A DNA stretch of 64,000 bases from Sphagnum compactum (GCA_965153455.1 OZ234494.1:682001-746000); one strand, 5' to 3'; counted from the stretch's first letter, positions 38,531 to 52,825 are shown. Program-made: numbers and translations. The notes: generated by a model from the letters alone, not told the origin.

Positions 38531-40322
38531 CACTAGAAGAAATCTTGTCCATTGCAACCATATGGTTATGATTATAGATGTAACTAGTGTTTGAATCAAC
38601 TTCTTTTACAATTATAGTTGGATTAGTCCTATGTCTCATTTTAGTTGTAAATGTGTGTACGATCATATATGTGACTATTGTGATCACAGATGTGATTACA
38701 ATGTTAATATAATCGAATGAAATTGAAAATGCAACTATAATTTTTGACTATTACATGTTTGGATGGAAAAGTAAAATGAAAGTACACATTTGGCATCCAA
38801 TATTGTGAATGGATCCTTGAATGGATGAAAACTTAGTTGTTTTGGTAACTAAAGTCAATAATGTTTCCATTTACAACATTTTGATGATTAAAACATATGT
38901 GGCATCTTTGGAATTACAATATGTGTTTGATAATCAACTTGTGTTTAATTGTTTATTGGTATTTTGTATTATTTATTGACATTGACAATACAAATTATTA
39001 TATTTTTATTAAATGTCTTTGAGTTATGATCTATTTATAAATAGTATATATGATGATTATTTAATTATATATTATACATGTAAATTAAATTTTATTGGTA
39101 AGATTACAATTTATTATAATCATGATAAAGTATGATATATTTTTTAATCAACTATAAGTTTAAGATGTCTAGAAAAATTATCATTTATTTGATCATAAAA
39201 ATTCTACCATAATTTTAGATAAATATTATATTTATAAAAATATAAAACTTAAAATTCCGTCAAATTCATTAATTAGCTAACATTACTAAATGTGATTTAG
39301 ATTAAGATCTAAAATATTTAAAAAAATTATACATCATAAGTATTATAATTGATATTTAGAAAAATATATTTTATTATTTGAAATGTGATAGACACATTAT
39401 CCATTTATAATAATCATATGTGAATTAATTAAAATTATGATATATTATAATCACATCGTATTTTTATTTTTTTAATGAAATGAAGGAGTAATATGTGGGA
39501 GATAAATATTTATTTATTATTAAATATTACTCATGAAATATTTTTCATCTATAAATCATGTGCTTGAAAAGAAAATTCCAGCAAATCATCATCGAAATGT
39601 AATTCAATTTAACAAAATTTAGAAAAAAATAATTCAAATTAATGTACATTTTTGGAAGAAATATATTTTATTTTGTATGTCATTGAAAGTATTTAAAAAA
39701 TCAACTTTAAAATTTTCAATTTGGACAAATATCAATAAAATATGAAATATTGAAATTGATGTTTGTGCAATGTTTAAAGTCAAGTATGGGTTAAATAGAA
39801 TGCATTTCACTATATTTGCACGTCAAGTGGGGTGGTTTGATGGCAAAGGAATTGATATCCATCCTTGGGGTTTAAAGATCAAACCTACATAGTTAGGCTA
39901 CTTAACCTAGGTGCCTACCTAGGCCCACCTATGTACCTAGACTAGGTGGCCTCCTAGTTACCTAAATTATTATGTTGTATTATTAAAAATATAAATAATG
40001 TACTTAATAAATGTGATTTAAAATATATATTAAATCATTTAAATTTAATTATTTTAAAAATGCTGCCCAATATTTTATATAGTCGTATTTGTAATCGCAT
40101 AGTCCTATGACTAGTCAATGGATGAAAAATCCATGTAGTCACAAGCGATATGTGACTACCGGGGTGACTATACATGCCTCGTGGAATTTTTTTGCAACTA
40201 GTTATCTTTTGCCAATTGTCCAAGGCGACTTCAAGGTTTGTAATTGCATGTGTCCATTACAACTAAATTTTTTTCTTTTGCAACTAAAATTGTAGTCCTT
40301 TATTTCCAAATTTTTTCTAGTG
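38531..40322. mobile_element. Non-autonomous CACTA-type element, family C, nested in the Helitron helicase
   Basis: Ends CACTAGAAGAAAT (38531) and ATTTTTTCTAGTG (40322), TSD AAT/AAT. Excision restores the minus-strand frame GNCKSLFTRCLTNQRKKVLILIATG. Confidence 0.9.
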
Positions 40323-42880
40323 AATGATTTGCAATTTCCAAGTGTTCCTTCTAGAAACTTGATTCATGTCGTAGATTTAATGATATTGTCGATAATAAGT
40401 TGTTCTACAATGAATGTTGATGTTGACATTGTGGAATTAATTGGTGGTCATAGCATTTTTCATTAATCATAGTGGGTGTATTTTTCATGTTGTTTGATAT
40501 TACATTTGACAAGTCTCCAATGTAATATGGGTCTAAATATGGATGGTTTTGTATAATGTTATTATTAACAATTGTTCCATTTTCAATGCATCATACATGT
40601 TTTGTTTAGAATATTGTTCCACATAACGTCTAAGAACACCAATATCATCTAGAAACCCTAAAAGCTTGCATTCCATTATGTTATGTGATCCACTTGTATG
40701 ATAACAAACTTAAATCATTTCTAAAAGGCACATGTTGGAGCACAATGTTGTAAAAAACATGTTTGGGCTTGTGTATAGGATTACATTTTGTGAAACACAT
40801 TATTTGGTGGTTTTTATACAAATGATTTCCAATTTTGTCTTGGCCAATATATATAGTTTTTTTTTTTAAATTGTTTTTGCATGTTTCAACTTTCTTGAAA
40901 TATTCTTTGAATGGAAAATTCTCAAATTCAATTGAGCAGTTCATGTGTAAGTTTCCACAATATGTATGTTCAAAATCTTGGAATGTAATATGTACCCCAT
41001 GCAAATTAACGAGGGTTTGGAGTTGATATACTTTATTTGGGTGTTGTTTTGTATAATAGGTATCCCCAAACCTATTATAATGGCTTCAATCAATGTCACT
41101 AGTTTTGCCAAAATCATTGTTAATATGAGTTTTAGATGCACGTCATTGACATTTTGTAAGCCTAGTCGTTTGGCATTTATAATGTGTATATTCAATATGT
41201 CATGTGGTTGAGCTTTCGTGGTGTATTTATTTAGATAGTATGACCAAAAGGAAGATGTTATTCTTTGAATATTCAAGTGGGCACCCCATATCAAAAGTAA
41301 AGTGAAATGGTAAGGAACAACATTCAATCACAATGTTTTGGCCAAAAGTATTCCCATCTATTGGTGCTTCTATTGAGTTTTGTAGGACTATCAAGGTTAA
41401 TGTCATAAGGGAATCCATATTTACAATGTTTTGAAATTTTGCAACTTCTTTTCAGTTGACACATGTGTAGTTGTGTTCTCAACACAAATTTGAGTACTTT
41501 ATTTTGGTGAAAATCTAATGGATGAATCAACTCATTTAATTTTGCATATTCAATAGGCATAAATGTAGTATTTCATTTGTTATTTTGTCAACATCCTCTT
41601 TCCATATCCGTAAGAAATTTATGTGAGAATGCAAAGATAGTTTATGTTGGATTTCATATTGACAAATGTGGTGTTCAACACGTCCAAGAATCCCATTTTG
41701 GCAAAAATATGAAATTGCTCAAGAATGCCTGCATTCTTGTGTGAAACAAATGGACACATTCAACAAGCCAATCTTTCCATGAAAATTGTTTATTTACTAA
41801 TATAACACATGTTCAAGATTGTTTATATTATTGCATCTAAACTCAAAGGATTAATCTAAAGTCAATGTTAGAAATAAATGAAGTAGCCCTAGATTATCGA
41901 CCATGGCCATAAGGTCACATAGTTGGGAATGGTGCCAATTTGGAGAACCAAGCACGTTATTTGGTATGTTAAATCTTATAATGTGATCAATTAATATTAA
42001 ATCTTTATATGACATGGGTGGATTTCTTAATTTCAACATGCTTATGTTTTCTTTGAACATTTTTGTGAGGAATAATTTATCAATTGGATTGTTTCGCGAA
42101 CATCATACATGATGAGTAAATATGGTTTGAACAATGTGAATGTAGTAAAAAAATATTGAATTCATTATTTGAGGTACTTATGTATTGAGATTTTCCCCAT
42201 CATATTATCCATTCTTTTATGGAAATTAGAAGGGGAACATCTCTACTTCCAAAGTGATATTAGATTTGTTAAACTATAACAAGTTTTGTTTTACATTCAA
42301 TCTCTTTGATTTGTTGTTGATTATGTTAATTAAGTTCCCTGCATACATTGCACCATGGAGTTAGAGGTTTATGAGAATTGATAATCACTACACAATGCTT
42401 GCATTTTCATCCTCATTGTTGTCAATTTTATGGTCCATGTAATGGTTAACTATCTCAATTGATTTAACAATCTCAATTGATTAAATGCATACACTCATGC
42501 TTTTATTGTCTTGTTTTTCAAAGTTTTGTCTTGTATAACTACAACCAAAGATTACATGTGTAGTTTTTTTCTAAAAAAACATCTCATCCACCAAGTTTCC
42601 AAAAAATATTTATTCATCAAGGAACTCATCATTTGAAAGAATATGGCTAGCTATTTAACAAACTTGAATCAACTACTTGCCTTGAGATGAAGCCATATTT
42701 GTGTTCATCGAGACAATGTCTAGAAATGACAATAGTTGGATCTTAAGGGGGTGTGCTTTTAACAACCTTTCATGTAGTCCAATGTGTGATAAACAACATA
42801 AGGTGTTTGATGTGTAATGATATTAGTGTGCTAGTTACATATCTTACAAATGAACATTCTGGAACCATTTTTAAATATTG

Positions 42881-43180
42881 TATTAGCCATTAAAATGTTG
42901 GCAATTCTATAACACATACAATCTCTTGTTGGAACATCATATAAATTAAAATATATTTGAAATTGTTCTTAAGGTATTTGAAGAAGTATACAATTTCATG
43001 ATGCCACATATTGCACATGTATGAACAATCTATTGAATAATTAACCATCAAAATGTTGGTGATTCTGTAACGTGTACAACCTCTTGTTGGAGTATCATCT
43101 AGATTGAAATATATTTTTCACATTCTAAAGGTATGTGAAAAACTATACAATTTTGTGATGTTAGATATTGCACATGTATG
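42881..43180. repeat. ~142-bp segment duplicated in tandem
   Basis: 42881-43023 and 43039-43180 align (..CCATYAAAATGTTGG...TCTTGTTGGA...ATATTGCACATGTATG). The duplication covers the first Cys-motif region of the Helitron ORF. Confidence 0.85.
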
Positions 43181-43989
43181 CATGTTTGAAAAAAATAATT
43201 AAAGTTTTGTTGAATTTTTTATCCAATTTGAAGGTTCTCCCCCAACTAGTTGTAATAGGTTTAAAGCCATAAACTTCTATATTTGAAATGGGTTTGGATA
43301 CAAAACTTATGAAATTCAATTTCAATTTGCTCATGTTTATGTGTCATTGTGAAGATCTTTGTAATGTTTCAAATGTAGATTATAACATACTTATTTCCTA
43401 TGCTAATTGACTTAGCTAAAAAAGGATCATTCTTTAGAGTATTATTATTCATATTTACATGTGAGAACAAACATGGATGATTTTTTTAGACTAGGTTTAC
43501 AAACAAGAACTTTCATTAGAAGAAATTTGATAATTTATGATTCATCTTATGACTAATTTTTTTAGTTGTAAAAGACATGAAATTGTTTTGGATCCATGTG
43601 TTATGAAATATAGACCTACTATGACAAGCATAGGCTACCTAGCCTAGTAGGCTTCGTAAGGGCCTTAGGTTAAAAAAACCAAATTAGAAAAGGACCGTAG
43701 GTGGGCCAAAACTAAACAAGGAACTTAAATAATTTTAGGATGGCTTCAACCTAGGTTGTAAGTGTGAGGATTTCAACCTTTCACCTCCATTTTGATGCAT
43801 CAAGTTCTTAACCATGTTGCAAAAAAAAAATATTTGTGAGATAATACATGTCACCACATTTTAATAAATATTTTTTATATCCTACTTCCTTGTAACTTAT
43901 TTAGCCTACCCTAACTAACCTATGCTACCTAGATAAACCAAGGTAAACTATGATAGCCCAAGCCTTATCTATGGGTTACATAAGTGACA

Positions 43990-44250
43990 AAGTGCCTACC
44001 TAGGGAAAACACAAGCCTACCTAGGGGCTATGTAGGTTACCTATTTTTTAGGCTACATAGGGCATACCTAGGGCTATATAGGCCACCTAAGGTCTACTAG
44101 GGGTTATGTAAGCTACCTAGGACTTAGTTAAAGGCTATGTAGTCTACCTAAGGCTTATATAGGCTACCTAGGGGCTACCTAAGGTTATATAAGCTACATA
44201 AAGGCTTATATGTAGGTTATTTAAGGACTACCGTGGGTTATGTAAATTAC
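43990..44250. repeat. Degenerate ~20-bp minisatellite (CTACCTAGGGGCTATRTAGG)
   Basis: Repeated CTACCTAGGG/GGCTATGTAGG-like units visible. Confidence 0.7.
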
Positions 44251-47011
44251 ACATATACAATTATCAATTTCATGGTTCATGCGTTGAACAACCAAAAGCT
44301 TACAATCCAATGAGAATTTTACTCCAAAAATAGGGTCTTCCTTGATATTTTAGAAGAAGGATGTGAATGGTTCACAAAGAATACATTTGCATTTTAAGCC
44401 CACCATTTTATTGTCTTATCGTTCACATAGCTTGCATATTTGTTAGATAAACGAGGATGAGCAATAGACGACAGATGTTCATGTTATGCGAATATTAGAC
44501 TTTTTCGAGTCAAGGGCTACCACCCCAAGACCCACATTTTCCAAAAGTGCTTGGACTACAACATTAGAAGTTGACTTGGCAATTTGGAGTTGGCAAACAT
44601 GAAATGCACTTCGAGGGTTATTATTATTAGAATTGGTTACTTCCCCCTCCTGACATGGGGTTAATATTCTTTTAGACATCGCCAAGGATTATGGAGAGGA
44701 AATAAGAACAATGACGTGAAATTTGCCTTGCTTAGAGGCAACATCTTGTTTCAAAAATAAAAAGTCCATTTCATTATGACCCTCATGGATGTCATTTGGA
44801 CAAAATGTAATCTATTAAATAAAACCTTTGTGTTTCCATTCATAACATTATCATCTATTAATAACATAATCAACTAATTTATGATTATTTTTCTTTTACA
44901 AGTTGTATATTATGACTATAGTCATTCATGGAGTCATTGACAACTTATAGTCACTGCTTTCTTGGTTTTCAAGGATAGGATTCCTTATAATGTTTAATGA
45001 AACAATTCATATTTATTATAAACATCCCCCAAATTTGGAAACAAAAAAAATGTTCAGAGTTATTATAACCCTTTCCTCAATTTTGGAATTAACAAATAGT
45101 GGTACTAATGACGATGAATTGCATTTAGCAAGGAAAAACTTTCTGGTTGTTTAGGTGAAGTTGTATCCACATGTGATTGCAATCATATATGGTTGACTTA
45201 ATTAGGGATACTCAATGTATAAATATAATTCATTTTTAGCACATGTTTGCTAGGATTTTTATTTATTTTTTCAAGATTTCATTATAAGTTCATAGGTATC
45301 TAAATGTTATTGTAGCATGTCAAGTTAATATTATTATTATTTTTTGGTTCTAATTCAATTGTGAAAGCATTTTTAGTGTGTTAGAATTTTATTCAAATGC
45401 TTTTGTTGATGTTTTAATATGCATACCATTTTTTATGTCAAAATTCATATTCTTCAAAATACTGAAATTAGATGTGACACATACATAGAAGTTGAGTTCC
45501 ATGAAGTTTAAAGTTGCATGGTAGGGGTAATATAATGTTGTATGTAATATGAATTATACAGGTCTAATATCCAAACATTAACAAAAACTTTATAGATAGA
45601 TGTAAGTAAAAAATATTAATAATAATTTCATGTCAAGTGGTAATGGTTAGTTGTTGGTTACTTCAAACTCTAGGCACTAGTGATTAACAGATAAGTTGTT
45701 TACTATTCATTTAATTCCATTACTTTAGTCGCATAAGTTTTTTATATGTAGGCTGTGATCATAACATTTGGTTCAATTATAGAAAAATTATTATTTAAAC
45801 TATTATTGGGGGAGGGGGGAGGGTGTTTGGTTTGTGACATTTAAAATACATGTTTAAATAAGTTTTTTTGTAATGGATGTAGGATACGAAAATAATTATT
45901 GGTAGTCTTGTCCCTTATTGGTCATTAACAAATCAACCAAATGAACTTAAGAAATATTGCTTTGAAATAACGTGGGATGGATATTGCCTTTTACTTCAAG
46001 CTTTTCATAAGATAATAAACTTGTGTTAAAGAGGGATCATATTAAGAGTTTGTGCTCATCCCAAAATGTTGGCCCAAAGGCCACACTCCTTTTTTAACCC
46101 CATTTCCTTTATTCAACATGGCACTATGAACTTTGAGCTTGCCAAGCTATGAAAGAAGATGCAACAAATTATATTTTGCAAATGAAACTATATGGTGCAT
46201 TCCACAATTTAAATAGTAAAATATAAAGAAGTTGTTGGTTGAGAACGTGTATGTAATCAAACCCATTGCCAACTTGCCCAATTACAATTGGGTTTGATAA
46301 TTGTTGTTTTGTTCAACTAATTATTAGAATACAAGTGTAGCTTCAATACATGTTTGTAAAAAGGTTAATTAATTTTGAAAATTTCTTGTGTGTGTGTGTG
46401 TGTGTATCAACATATTTTAAATTTTCATTCACAAATTGTTTTGGGGTAAAATAATATAGTTATAGTTGAAGTTACTAAGGGATTATGTTATTACCTATTC
46501 TTAGGAAGTTTTATATTAAAACTATGATGAAAGGGTGATGGATAACACAATTTTTCATCAAATTTGAACAAAGTTGGTGAATTTAAAAAGAAATTTAGAA
46601 TACAAATAGGCACATTATTATTATTATTATTTTCAATTTTCAACTACACATGAACAATGTAAGAAAATGTGATTATTTATTTATCAAAGACAAACCCATT
46701 ATCAATTGACAAGCTAATAAACATAACTACTAAGGTTGGTGTGTGGGAAAGTAAGAAAAACAATTTATTGTTTATTGCTTACCTTTTACAAACAAATTAT
46801 TCTCACAAAATCTCCACATAACTCCAAATAGGTCATTCCAAATCATGAACTTGTAATAACGTTTATTTTGCAACAAGTAGCTAAAAAATCCCTTAAATAA
46901 AGGATCAATATGGTTTTGGCCCTTGTTGAGTAATTATTACATTGGAATTTGGCAAAATACACACACATACACACACACACACACTTGTTTGGAATTTAAC
47001 CAATGTTCCTT

Positions 47012-48219
47012 CACTATAACAATATGCGTCCAAATTCACTATGTGTTACACTATATTTTGAATGAAATTGAACAAATTTACCATGGTGAAAGTGGTCGGC
47101 CCTTTAATAAACAAGGACTAGTATTATGAACAATTAAATTCACCAATATTTAGTTCAATTCACCAATAGTTAAATCATTAATAATAAACTCATTAATAAT
47201 TAAATCATTAATAATAAATTCAGTAATATTTAATTCCAAACCTAAATTAAGCACCTAGGAACTTTCATTAGGCTACATAATTTAAGCTAAAAAGTTAACT
47301 CACCTAAACACCAACCTAGGGTGAAGGTTTGACCCCCTCACCTCCTTTCACCTCCATGTTTAAGGAGTAAATTTTTAACCATTGAACCATTATTTAAATG
47401 AATGATGTTTTTTTTGTCATCATATAATATTATGCACAATTTTTTTTACTCTAAGCAATTCTCGATAATTCTTGGTTATTCTACCACATGTTATTTTAGG
47501 TTATTTTGTGGTAGGTTATTTTATCGCAAGTTATTTCAAACTATTGTCAATTATTCTATTATAGCCCATTTTTGGCTATTCTAGACTATTTTATCGAGGT
47601 TATTATTGGTTGTTTTACATTATTCTACCCTAAGTTGTTCCACCTTAAATTATTATAAGTAATTTTTTTCATGTTATTTTAAGTTACTATACTTTAGGAT
47701 AAAATACTTTAGAATAACATAGAGTAGAATGACCTTGAATAATTTAAGGTGTAATTTGAAATAACATATAATAACTCAAAATAAAACAACTTAAAATATA
47801 ACCTAGGGTTAATTAAATGTTTAACTTAAAGTAACCTATAATAAGATAAGATATAACTTATGATACCTTAAGGTATAATAACCTATAATAGTTTAAGGTA
47901 TAACCTAGGTATTATAATTTATAATAGCCTATAATAACTTAGAGTATAACTAAAATATCCTACTAAGGTACCTTAAAATAACATAGGCTATAATCTAAAA
48001 TAGTTTAGGGTATTTAAAATAACAACATAAAAATAATCTTATTTACCATAGTAAATTATAATCATGAATTATGTCAACTTGTAGTGAAACATGATGTTCA
48101 CATAATGACCTTATAATGAAATAACTTTAACCATGGTGAAATCACTAAATTGTAGTGAATCACTTTTAAGGTCCCATAATGATTTAGGCCAATGAATTAC
48201 ACCTCATTTTGTACTAGTG
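47012..48219 (-). mobile_element. Non-autonomous CACTA-type element, family A, copy 2 (shorter, inverted relative to 8002-10237)
   Basis: 47012 CACTATAACAATATGCGTCCAAATTCACT matches the reverse complement of the A1 right end. The reverse complement of the 48219 end (CACTAGTACAAAATG...TAAATCATTATGGGACCTTAAAAGTG) matches the A1 left end. TSD not preserved (CTT/AAT). Confidence 0.8.
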
Positions 48220-49889
48220 AATGTTCAACATTATGTCATGTCTATGCACCATGTATTCTCTACCTTGTTGCCTTTACCTTTTTTGTTTTCCCTTTGTAAC
48301 ATATTTTGATTTTTCTTTCTTCATGCATGTTTATGAATTATATGGTTTCATGAAAATTTGTGATTCAATTCTATCACATTCTAATTTATTGTGTCCTACA
48401 TGTAACAATTTTAATTTAAGGTTATGTTCAAAAGGTTAATATTTTAACATTCATTTCTTCATTCTAATAGGTGGATTTTTCATATGTTAATAGGACCCAT
48501 GTTGTGGGTTTATACTTTGACCCATGTAACCTTTCAAAATTTGTTACATATTAGATATGAAAGTAGAAAAAAATAAGAATCCTTTTATAACTTAGCTACA
48601 TGTTGGAACCCAATGTAGAAATTTGTTGATTTTGGTTCTGAAATCTAGGGAATAGGGCCATATTTTTCACAAAAACCTTTGAATGTGTCAAAATCATATT
48701 TTTATGTTAAACAAACATGAAAACCACCCCTACCCTCCCCCCTTATTCAATCATATTCTCCTATGGCATGGGTGGACATTTTTTTTTCCACCCATCCAAC
48801 CACATTATCATGTGTGGCCAACTCTTTTGCCCTTATTAAATATTCTTTCTTTTTTAAATTGATAACAAATTTTCTTCTATTGTAATATGTATGTACACCC
48901 TCCCCCTTCCCCCATTAACAATAATCACATGCCGTGGAACATGAATTTCTCTTCAAATTTTTGAGGTCACAAAGTTGGCAAAAAAATTAGCAAAAAAAAC
49001 TAGCATTAAAACATTTCTCCAAAGACCTTTCAAAAAATTCACCTTGAGGTGCAAAAATTCACCCCTTGAAATAAAAACTATTCTTCAATGTAAAAGATTT
49101 CTAAAACCTTTAAAGAAACTAGAACTATGTTTGTACTATATGTTGGGCATAGAAACTATTTTAAGGTATGGTTCAACCATTGCCTTTCCATTATTCAACC
49201 AACTCCCCCCTTGGTGTATACATTTTCAGTAATTACATAAACTAGATCTTTGATGACATTTATGTACATAAAATTAATTGCAATCTTAATTGCCTTCAAA
49301 GCGAAAATAACTTGTATATTATTATCCCTAAAACACCATCTAGTAAACACCATATTTATTTGAAATAACATGGTACCTATTCGTAAATCCTAGTTATAAA
49401 GGGCTTGTGTTACATCTTTATTAAACTAACAACACAATAATAATTGGATTTTTTTTCAAATATTGACTACACATATCATATCGCATTTAAATCAAAGATT
49501 GAACATCATATAACATCAAATATATTTTAAACCGCAAAGCTTCAACTTGCATTTACATCATACTTGTAATACTTAAATCAACTTGCAATTTATTTTGGAT
49601 TTTGACAAAAAAATACCAATTGATAGCCATTGCCAAATAATATCGATGACATTGTTTACGTATTTATAAACTCCACCAAGACCATGCAACATTTAAATAA
49701 GTATTGAATATTTTCAGTTTAGTTGTTGTGACAAAATTTCCAAACATATATAGTTGCAATCCAACACCTTACTAGCAATAGGGGCTTTTGGAATTTGACC
49801 TCAAATAAGCTATTTTTCAAACTAATTTCAATAGATTCACCACATGGTTCAACAAAGAGTTCAAATGAAAATTCAAACTTGACTTGTTG

Positions 49890-50430
49890 GGAGAAAAACA
49901 TCACATGCACCAAATAAGAACACAAAATGTAATTTGAAAGACGAATTATTCTTTGGGCAAGCCATCAAATCAATGTGATGCATTACGTTACAATGGGTTC
50001 ATGGTTGGAAAAATGTGCTTTGTGTACAAACTTTATGACATTAATCAAATGGAACATACTCATATCAATATGTGACCCATCAACAAAGCTTAAATTTGTT
50101 AATCTATTCATGTAATGTTGTTATTATCATTTGTAAATACGAACCATGTATCAACATTCCCCAAAAAAATGCAAGTAGCCCCATTTCCCCATGAATATAG
50201 TCAAATGCAAACCTTATGATGTGCACATTCAAAATTGCTTGTAGTTTGTTAACACTTTTGGGGCACACATTTGACAATCTTGATCCCCATACATTCCCCA
50301 TACATTGTAATATTTTATTAATATTTCGCAAATACACAAAGATCATGAGTTGTTTTTCCAAACCATTTATTGTAGTCAATTAATACATTAATGTATGCAA
50401 AAACATTCAACAAACTACAACACAACAATC
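49890..50430 (-). mobile_element. Possible highly decayed DNA-transposase (hAT-like) fragment
   Basis: Frame-broken coding-like minus-strand sequence (FECAHHKV..SWGNG..FLGNVDT..LLMGHIL..). It loosely resembles hAT C-terminal regions, by eye only. Confidence 0.25.
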
Positions 50431-52825
50431 TTCATAGGTTATATTTCCTCAAAATTGAACCCTTTGAATCATTAACTTCTTCAATGAACCAAAACCAACA
50501 AAGCAAGGGTCCAAACAAGAAAAGGTGTGGCAACTTCAAATGAAATTAAGATAAACTCCTAAGTTGAGTTCATACGCATCAAATTAAAAAAGCAAAACAA
50601 GAAGGTAGATGGTGCATAGATGTTAATTAATCATTTGTTAGTTAGTTTATTTATATTCATAAGACTCCTTGTGGCCTAGACTTGGGAGGAAGCAAAACTA
50701 GTCTTCCCTATAGTACATTCTTTAGTTCCTTATAGGGGTTACATCAAAATGCCCATTTTTCTTAGGACTACCAAGTGGGAGTCCTAAATTGTTTACTTGG
50801 AAGTTCATAACTTTTTCATTTTGTATCCAAATTGAGAGTTTTCAAGGGAAAAGTTTCAGCCCTTGAAAAGAACTTTTCAACCACATAGCAAGCTCCTCAA
50901 TTGAATGTGACTTGACTCCTAAAATCTTCATTTAAATGGTTGAAAATCACTTTTACAATTTGATTCATAAACTTTTAAATGACCATAACTATTGTTACAA
51001 ATCCTAGTTTCAAATGTGACCCCATTTAAGATAATACTTTCAAAACCTTTATGATGATTTCAAAATGGCTCAATTTGAAGAACGTCTTATCCTTCAAACT
51101 TTGATCCAAAAGTTCAAAACATGTTAAAACTTTTAATTCCCAAAATGAAAATCTACTAGGGAGGAAGTGGGAACGCATTTGGTAATGGTAATGTTTCTTC
51201 CCTTGCATTTTCACACACTTTTGTGAATAAGGTTGAATCAAGGGATGCCTTGACCTCAATCCTAACATATTTCCTTCATCTTGCCTCTAAACTTGGTCAT
51301 GAGTCCAAGGCTAATGTTGTGAGAAAATCACAAGCATATATGAAAAAATAAATCAAAATGCATGATGTTCAGATTTTATTGTTGTCAGGCATCTTCAAGA
51401 TTCAATTTGTTACATTCCTTTTTAAAATGTTGTCTTTGGGATATCACACACACGCTCACATACACACATAGTTATTGTCTATAACATTAACAAAAACATA
51501 CAAATGAAATGGATGCCATTAGTTAGTAGTATGTGGTTTCATATTTGGTGGTAGAGGGTACAATTGATCCACTATGCGATTAGAAAAACAGTGATGTGAA
51601 AAAATAATTGACATAATCAATTTGTAAGGAAAAAAAACCATATATTTTTGAGAACATCATCAAGGATTCAAACAAGGGTTCCAATCTTACAAACATGCAT
51701 AACATCATAGAAGACAAATAAGATTATGTTGATGTGTTCAACATGAATCTAGTCAAGATCCACCATTTTCAATCAATTTTCCACCTATTTGCACATTTAT
51801 AACATAAACAACTAAATCATAAACAACACGATCAATGACCCTCATTCACTTCTTAGTAATGTTTCACTCTTTCTTTAGTCCATTACAACATAATATGGTT
51901 TTTCCCCATAACAATAAGCAAGGTTCATAAGTTGAAAACAATATACAAAAATAAGAGTTGAAGGCATAAGGTTAAGAATAAGGTGTAACCACATTAATGT
52001 GTACCACGACAAGTGTGACTAATGCTTAGTTTTTTCATGTTTTAGTGTAAAAAATGATAATAAATTGTAAGTCTTAATGTGTTTACATGACAATGTTTTT
52101 AATATATATTTGAAATATGTGCAACAATTTGAAATCAATCTAATGAGTAGGGAGTATTCAAAAGTTCTTCTAACTAATGCTTTCATTGTATTTCAATTTT
52201 TTGAATGACTTAAAATGCATTAAAAAAATGTCATAACCATGAACAATTATTATCAACACCTTTACATAATAGTAACGTGACATTTTATTGTTATGAATAT
52301 TTTTAATCACTATAAAAATCATGGATTTATAATTTGTCCCCTTTGATCTACAACAAATCCTAGTTCAACACAACATTAAGTGACAAGCAAACCCACTAAT
52401 TTTATATTCACCTTAAGTGATAGGTGTGGCTCATACTAAAGTGTTTGCACCCATAGTCATAGTCTTTGCCACGTGACAATAAGAAGAAAAAAACCATGCA
52501 TAATGAACACTTCATACCCAAATTTTCAAAAGCTAGACCATTCAGAACTAACAAATCTCACTATCATAAGCAAAAGGTAGTTGCTTTAGAATAGGAATAT
52601 ATTTTATCCTAAACTCCACCAATCATAACTGTCCCATAATACAAAGCACAAGTTATTCTAATTTTTTTTTAATTTACGAAGAGAAAACAACAAATAAAAC
52701 TAGCCAAACTTTACTTGTAGCCTATACAACAAGTTCATGAAATTGAGCCACACAAGTGAACAACAAAGTAAATAAGCTAAAATTGAACAAGAGTTGAAAT
52801 TAATCTATAAAAAGACAAATCCAAC

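Larger units (their letters stand above)
37365..43180 (-). mobile_element. Decayed Helitron-type Rep(HUH)-PIF1 helicase coding region, copy 2 (interrupted by a CACTA element)
   Basis: N-terminal HTCAICG...FICKICN Cys motifs (~43020, ~42840), GSPNWHHSQLCDLMAMVDNLGLLHLFLTLT (~41950-41855), YEIQHKLSLHSH (~41620), YYLNKYTTK (~41230), Walker A FLEGTLGNCKS (~40355-40323), LVGDFAQL, FPLVLAYAIMISHKSQG and YVMLLRV (~37450). Colinear with copy 1. Confidence 0.9.

Noticed and set aside
45630..45680. Fifth tRNA-like module
   Set aside because: Only a short GTCAAGTGG..TGGTT resemblance to element C, with no B-box at the right spacing.
50660..51325. Degenerate LTR-like dispersed repeat
   Set aside because: It looks like a repeat fragment, but there is no second copy, TSD or coding support inside the window.
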